A DNA stretch of 64,000 bases, taken from the NCBI GenBank assembly GCA_963693365.1, contig CAVNZM010000007.1:4709962-4773961 (forward strand). The letters run 5' to 3'. The notes beneath the pieces are model-generated. The model saw only the letters and a program-made list of their open reading frames with translations. It did no database searches and was not told the DNA's origin. The translations under genes and the position numbers were made by a program. The DNA comes from Amoebidium appalachense (lineage: Eukaryota > Protista > Ichthyosporea). This document shows, in pieces, positions 37,035 to 64,000 of the stretch (the stretch's first letter is position 1; every line of letters starts with the position of its first letter).

Positions 37035-37180
37035 ATGCACACGCACACGCACACACATACACACACACACACACACAGGTGCTGATGGGGACCTACTCGT
37101 GTGCGCCCACCACTGCAGGAGGGTCAGTGTGCATCCATTCGCTCCAGATGATGCCTGCGGCCCTGCCCACACAGCCATAG
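32157..37180 (+). CDS. CENP-B/pogo-type HTH DNA-binding domains fused to a DUF1349 (Ree1-like beta-sandwich) domain, ~492 aa, 7 exons
   Basis: Exons 32157-32930, 33539-33661, 34078-34212, 34870-34962, 35601-35723, 36316-36444 and 37079-37180, all phase 0. Exon 1 has [12 protein letters not shown]...[12 protein letters not shown] and VEEALVAWI...IKEKALEIA...[14 protein letters not shown]. Later exons have TDFWRNTFY...DNGHFL...EQAGLMVR...NWLKAG...[11 protein letters not shown]...LRIVR...MGTYSCAP. Confidence 0.75.
35385..35609 (+). repeat. 45-bp minisatellite duplicating branch point, 3' splice site and first exon codons
   Basis: gctgacatgcagccaatcAG|gcggggct recurs, with AGs ending at 35465, 35510, 35555 and 35600 and a degenerate one at 35392. 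Confidence 0.88.
36088..36215 (+). mobile_element. Diverged 3' fragment of the poly(C)-associated interspersed repeat
   Basis: atgacttcggccccccctgaagatgggctctgcttatgttgcatactcttt is similar to the reverse complement of the BET-intron copies, and the fragment lies between C runs. Confidence 0.65.
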
Positions 37181-37958
37181 CACTATAGCAGGCTATTGAT
37201 GGAACGAATGTGGTGAATTCGGCAGAAGGCGAATGAGGTAGCATGCATAGAGAGATTGGGTCTAGAACCGACGATCATTATTTGTATTATTTAAATTTAG
37301 TATTGTATTTATAATGTGTGAATGAATCGAATGCTTATGATGGGAATTAACGTAGGCATGCATGTATGTACACGCTTCATCGGGTGTAGTCAGTCGTATG
37401 CCACGATCGCAACACCCCCGCAGGCCGGCATCACGCGCGAGACATTTATCAAGTACTTGAAACACATAGAGCACTTGATGTAGTTGTAGGCAGGCACTAC
37501 TGCAGTATAACAAGATCACGCGCAATCGTTAGATTGCATGGTTATCATTTGGTGTGTGCACACATGGATTTAAAATATAAGAAAAAAGAAAGAAAAGGAA
37601 GAAAGGAAGGAAAAAAACCGACCCAGCAGATTGGAAAAGCCTGGCTGGCCCAGGGCTGTTAATGTAGATAAGTACACGTGTTTAAAAGTATCCAAAGCAG
37701 CTGGGCGTTTGACGCTCGTATTGCAGCTTGGTGCCTGTACTTCCAAAGCACACAAACGATATTAGTCGCTATAAAACATAGGTATCCCTCTATGTCAACA
37801 CAAAATTTCACCCACTACTTTGATATTACATCTAGTTATCGATATCTACAACAGAAAGCACAACTGCAAAACATTAGATTAAACCTGCATTTCCTTACAA
37901 TAATATTCCAAGTGCGCGGCTCTGCCGCCACGGCAGAGCTTGGCAGGCATGCCCAAAT

Positions 37959-38020
<62 letters not shown>

Positions 38021-38023
38021 ACG

Positions 38024-38065
<42 letters not shown>

Positions 38066-38448
38066 ATGTGCGTGTGTGCGTTCGTCCCCGTCTACCTGCC
38101 TGCTGGTTAATGCTATGTACATTCACTCCGTATATGCAGGCAGTTGGTCTGGTTGGCGCGTCGTATCACATTCACAAGCGTTAAAGGGCAAAAAACAAAA
38201 AAAACAAAACAAAAAAAAAGCATTTCCTTAGAAGGTAAGCATGTGGGACGGTGCTCTAATATTCTAGGGTTGCCAGTACAGGGCAGGCGAGGGGAAGGGG
38301 TAACAACAGGGATGCAAGCACAGTTGCATTGGACACCCCAGTAACAAAAGATTAAAAAAATTAAAAATTATGCATAAAAGGGGGCAATGCTTTGTCACAC
38401 TTAGTGTGTTCTGCATATATATGGATATACCCGGTGTTTGTTGCCGCA

Positions 38449-43712
<5,264 letters not shown>

Positions 43713-44798
43713 TTTCGTCCTAGAGATGTGTAACAATAGCAGGTATTCTACTATCGAAAAAGGAAAAAATGCGAGACCATAAACTGGAGCAGTGGGGTCG
43801 AGGGTGATCGTAGCTCAAAGGCCCAACACACAAATGCTACACAACAACAGGCAAAAGATCAACTTGGCCCTGCTACTGCTTGTGAAGTTCGCTAATTTGT
43901 TTTGTTAGAATACTCGAGTGTCCAACCTGGCTAACCCTAATACATATGTGTTGCTACTGTGTGTGCCTCTAGAGAACTACATAAACACCACCGTGCACAG
44001 GCAGGCGGCTTACCACTCTGATACAGATAGGCTATGGAAACAAAATTTTGAACCATTTGAATGCATGACTCTGCCCAGGAATGATCAGAGCAATCTGCAC
44101 TGCCAAAATAGACTTTGAACATTTTTTGAACCCGAACGCCACGGGGATCCCCCGAAACATATAGCTGGGGGTGTGTGTGATGTATGCTCATAAACTTTCT
44201 AATTAGGACCTTCGCATTTTTAATTAATCAATTTAATTTAGGTCTTTTTTGGAACCGCGTCTTTAAACGTTACCATAGTAGAGGGAAGAACTGCGAGGTA
44301 CGCTTCACATGCTCTTGGCTTGTTGTTGGCTGCCATTATAATAATTCACAGTGAGTCAATGATTGAGGGTAACTGCCTGACCTACTCAGGCCCGGAATTT
44401 TAGAAAAGTCAATCCATATTGGAATCTTTGGGGACTCAACGGGTACCAATAAGTCACCATCAGGGAGAAGTGCAAAATATTCGAATGCTGGCCCCGCACG
44501 TGCGTGTGCACGTGCATGTGTACATCATCGATCCATGGTGGGCCTGTAATGCTGCATATTATTTCTTCGAAAAATTTATTGAAAATTCTTAGACACGATG
44601 CTTCATATTTTGCTTAAATGTGTAGACATGACACATGCAGGCATACGTATAGGGTCTGAGGTTGAACTGATGAGTTTAGTTATCATGATTCGATCATTTT
44701 GCCCGCTTTCTAGACTCTCTGGGGCACCAGCTCCACTTGCCTCTTTGAGACTCGCGAAACAGCTGCAGAACGCAGGAATTCGATCGCGAACAGTTCAG

Positions 44799-44835
<37 letters not shown>

Positions 44836-46508
44836 TTTCCTTTCAAGGCTTTATTTACTTTTTTTTGTGCCACGGTTTTTTGGGTGTGCGTGTGTACACC
44901 GTATGTGTGTGCACGCAGGCCCAAGGGGAGGCCCGGGGCCTGGGGAGGGGAGGGGGAGGGGGATAAGAATTTTATAAGAAGTACAATGATGAATATGGGC
45001 AAAGGGGGGCACCCCACAGTGTCATTCAACCGTCAGTGACCATTTACGGGCCTTCATGTTCGCGTGTGCACATAAAAGGTGCCAAGCGTGTATTTTTGAC
45101 GTCCGCAGTCTTGAGAGCTTCCCTATTGGTGTCGGACATATTAAAATAATTTTTCCCGTTTTCTTTACTTCAAGTTGCCGTGCTGGATGCGCCACAGCAT
45201 ACTAGCCTCTGGTATATACATACACCACGTATACACACTGACATACAGCCAATATGTAAAAGAGAAAAAAAATAAACGAAAAAAACGAAAAAAAGAGAAA
45301 AGAAAAAGAACATGAAAACCATGATTATATCCACTAAGCTCACATGCTTGCGAACTCTAGACTTGGTATTTTGTGTATCCGTGTTTGCAGTTAAGGTGCA
45401 TGTAATTCTAACTAGTGCATATGGCTGTAAGGTTGCTATGCCAGTGTGTCCACATGGATTAAATTTTGCATAGTTATATCCAAATACATCCAAATACATA
45501 CATCAGCAGAGCCTACAAGCTCCCCTTGGGTGCCAGAGCAAGTTTCCGGCACACTGTAACGCTAACAAGTCTTATGTCAGTCCACCCATGACGCAACAAA
45601 CAACCAATAAAACAAGGCTAAAAGAGCAATATATATAGAAGGGGTAACAGCGTGCTAAAAAAGAAAAAGACCCCCCCCCCCCCCCCCCCTCCCAAAAAAA
45701 AAAAATAAAAAATAAAAACCAAAACCAAGCCGAAAGCCGAAAAAGCCAAGATTATGCAGACACCAACACCCACCCACCCACCCACCCACCCACACAGTTA
45801 CACCCGACACGTAAGTGCAAACAAACACGAGTATCACATCATGGCTACCTAAAAGGTGCTTCAAAACATCCTAAAACTGAACCGATTGACAAGACAAAAA
45901 CAACTGCCCAATGGTTTCCCCTCAACCTAACTGTATCACGTGACACTAACCCACATGCAGACTCGCTTCTGCCTTTCTTCCTGCATGCAAAAAAGACAAG
46001 TGCAGGCCCGACCACCCTACCCCATCGTGTATGCAAAACTTTGTAATTTAGATAAATAAAAGAAGGAGGGGAAATATGGCCTGAAGAAACGTCATAGCAC
46101 TGTGACACAAAGTTTAAGATAACCGAATAAATACCCGTCGCCAGAAAAAATATGTCGCAGCCAGCCACCAGGACCTGCAGGGGAAGAATGTCTTAACGTG
46201 AGCACACGTGCACAGGGCCCTGATAGTATCAGCAACAGAGTTTTTCGTTTCGTTTTTTTCCTTTCTTCCCTGTCGGTGTGCCTTTGTGTGTGTGTGTGTG
46301 TGTGCGTGTGTGTGTGCGCGTGAGCCCCGGCAAAGAGGGGGGGGGGGGGGGGGGGTTGAATGGATGGGCGGATATGCTTCATCAGTGATGGGTGAACCAA
46401 ACACTGGATGTATGTTGCTATCCTGTTTGCTCCTTGCCATCATATGTGGATGGCATTGAAGCACTACAGCTCTGCTTGTTGTCTACACACTCCTTCACTC
46501 CTTTTGTT

Positions 46509-46539
<31 letters not shown>

Positions 46540-46832
46540 GGGCCCTGCGCCCCTGAACAACCATCTGTGAATGTTACTCTTTCTGGACACTCCTGTGACC
46601 TTTTTCTCCACCATCGTCCTAAACATGCAGAAACATCTCATAATTATCCTTCTTCTTCCTTTGCGGTGGTGGTTTGTGAGCGAGTGGTGTGTGGCGAGTG
46701 AGTGTGTATGTGCGTGCACGTGCGTGGGCGCGTGTGTGCGTTGTTTGGTGGTGTTGGTGGTGGTGAAGAGGGGGGGAGGGGGGGGGGGGGGGGGGGGGGG
46801 GGGGTCTATGTACCGGCCAAAGACAGTGGAGC

Positions 46833-62134
<15,302 letters not shown>

Positions 62135-64000
62135 CTGGCTGTGGTGGTGCCCCTTACCACCTGTGTGCTAGAGGCATGGGGCGCATCCTTTACCTGTAGA
62201 ACACCACCACACGTGTCAGGTTGACCAAGGCACGAGCAGATGATGGTAAAAACACCGTGCGGATTTTGGGTAACAACACACTTGTAACTCTCAGCGAGGT
62301 TGTTCTTGGATGTTGCGGGCAGCTTAGTAAAAAAAGGAAAATACATTCACCCACAAGGAAACTTGTCGATCATGTTAATAGCTGGAAAAAGCGATCTATA
62401 AAGTGGACTTTTACTCTGACAGCACAAGCGTGCTCCAAAAAATTGGGGCAAGCTGTCCGTCTCCTACACGGCCTATACACCCCCAAAAGGCCCTTTGTAA
62501 CAGTTGCTTTGAAGAAATTTGTGCAGTGCGCTGCCAACAGCTTGATGCACATTTCATGCAGTAGATGATAGTGTATCTATTTGTGTGTGGAGGTGCTTGG
62601 CTAAATTATAACGTGTTCCCCTTGTGACGAGTTGCAACACGAGACCACAACGGAACACGACAACGTGAAGGAGTCCGGTAAAGAAGGGTCTTCCGAGGAA
62701 GTCGATGTTCGTGGCAGTCCCTGCCTATATCTAAATTTTTTCTTTTAAGCGTGCTAACTTTTATAGATATATCACTCCATCAACGGCTCTCTAAATGGTA
62801 GGTCACTAGTGGGTAATTAGAAGATTCTATTTTCCTTCCGTTTTTTGTGCTGAAGCAAGGAAACGAACGTTGAAATCACCAGTCACCCCAACTCCCCGCT
62901 CTCCAGCAGAGCATCCTATACGTGATTGACACTTCAAAAAAATCTAACACCGTGCCGCTTAGAGTATTACCTTACTGTAACCAGACCACCCTCCCTCCTT
63001 GTACCCTTATCTCCCTACCCTAAGTTATCACAGCTTTGTCACTTTGAAAAGTTATGTGCTGTTGTGCCACCGTTTTCAAATATAACGGGCACGGTTCCGG
63101 CCGGTCCGGCAAAATCTTGCGCCCGGAGCGTGCCACCAACGGCGAGTTTATTAGCCAATCATACAACTTTTTAAACAGCTCGTTGATATAACTGTGTAAT
63201 CGCGAATGGCAATAGTTCAATAGAATTGATTGCTGGAGATTGCTTTTGTTATCACGCACGCCTTGAAACCGTTGAAGACGCGCGCCAACATTTGGCCAGG
63301 AACGTTACGAAGCCGGTATGCACATACAACAATTGCATTGTTTTCATGTGAGTTTCTCATTATTGCTGCTCCATGAGCCTATACGTAAAGGTGTAAAAAT
63401 AAACAAGAAAATGTACCGTGCACCGCATTTATACCTCCTTTTGCTGCACGCAAGGCAAAGTGGATTTACCCCCGTCCGGGCATGGATCGCATCTTGAAGA
63501 TCCAGACTGATCGCCGTTTTTTGGGCGGTTGCCAGGGCCACGCGTTTGATGAAACGGATCTGTGTGCTCCCTGAAGAGGACAAGAGAAAACTGGGGAACA
63601 TGAGCAACTTGTGACGGGATGTTGGTGATTTTCTGGTATCACAGTGTAGCGTATGGTAGTATTTTGTCTTAGTAGTCATGTGGCTAGCTCTAAAAGCCTA
63701 ATCTGCCCTGATTTCAGCACTTATTTCCAGTTGCGTCACTTTTGAAGCTCCTTGAGAGGCTCAGCTGATAGTGGTGACGTCAGCCTAGGGAGCTACTACT
63801 CGGCGGCACTCTCACTCACCTAGAAGTTACTACCATCCACTTTGTTGTAACGGAGCGACGGACCTAATAAAACTGGTGCTATGTTGAACTAGGACTCGTT
63901 TGTTTCTGCCTGCTGGCTTTTGTACTTCACCCTGTTGATCATGATCAGTCAGCTGGAGACGACGCCCAAACACGGACCCAGTTGGCCGACTGCTCGGTAC

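Noticed and set aside
62300-64000. Short ORFs upstream of the BET gene
   Set aside because: No recognisable motifs or coherent exon chain.

Overview
Eukaryotic genomic DNA, probably from an intron-rich unicellular opisthokont. That placement is an inference from animal-like gene content, fungal-style CTRAY branch points close to the 3' AG, and a retained U12 intron. Introns are filled with poly-C/poly-G, (CA)n/(GT)n and (GA)n tracts, so most ORFs in the supplied track are artefacts. Manual splicing gives nine genes: a frameshifted PP1 glycogen-targeting subunit (RVxF + CBM21), an ILKAP-like PP2C, DNAJC25, TRAPPC2 (with a GC-AG intron and an AT-AC minor intron), a divergent intronless DNAJB + IQ-BAG pair sharing heat-shock elements, a CENP-B/pogo-type HTH protein fused to a DUF1349 (Ree1-like) domain, a sphingosine-1-phosphate phosphatase, and a BET double-bromodomain protein. 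The most unusual signals are: (1) a ~380-390 bp poly(C)-associated interspersed repeat with six intronic copies, all sense to the host gene, whose ~150-nt core folds into a multi-stem pseudoknotted RNA with compensatory changes between subfamilies; (2) the transposase-HTH/DUF1349 fusion; (3) a minisatellite made of the branch point plus 3' splice site that creates stop-containing decoy acceptors. All calls come from manual reading; no database searches were run.
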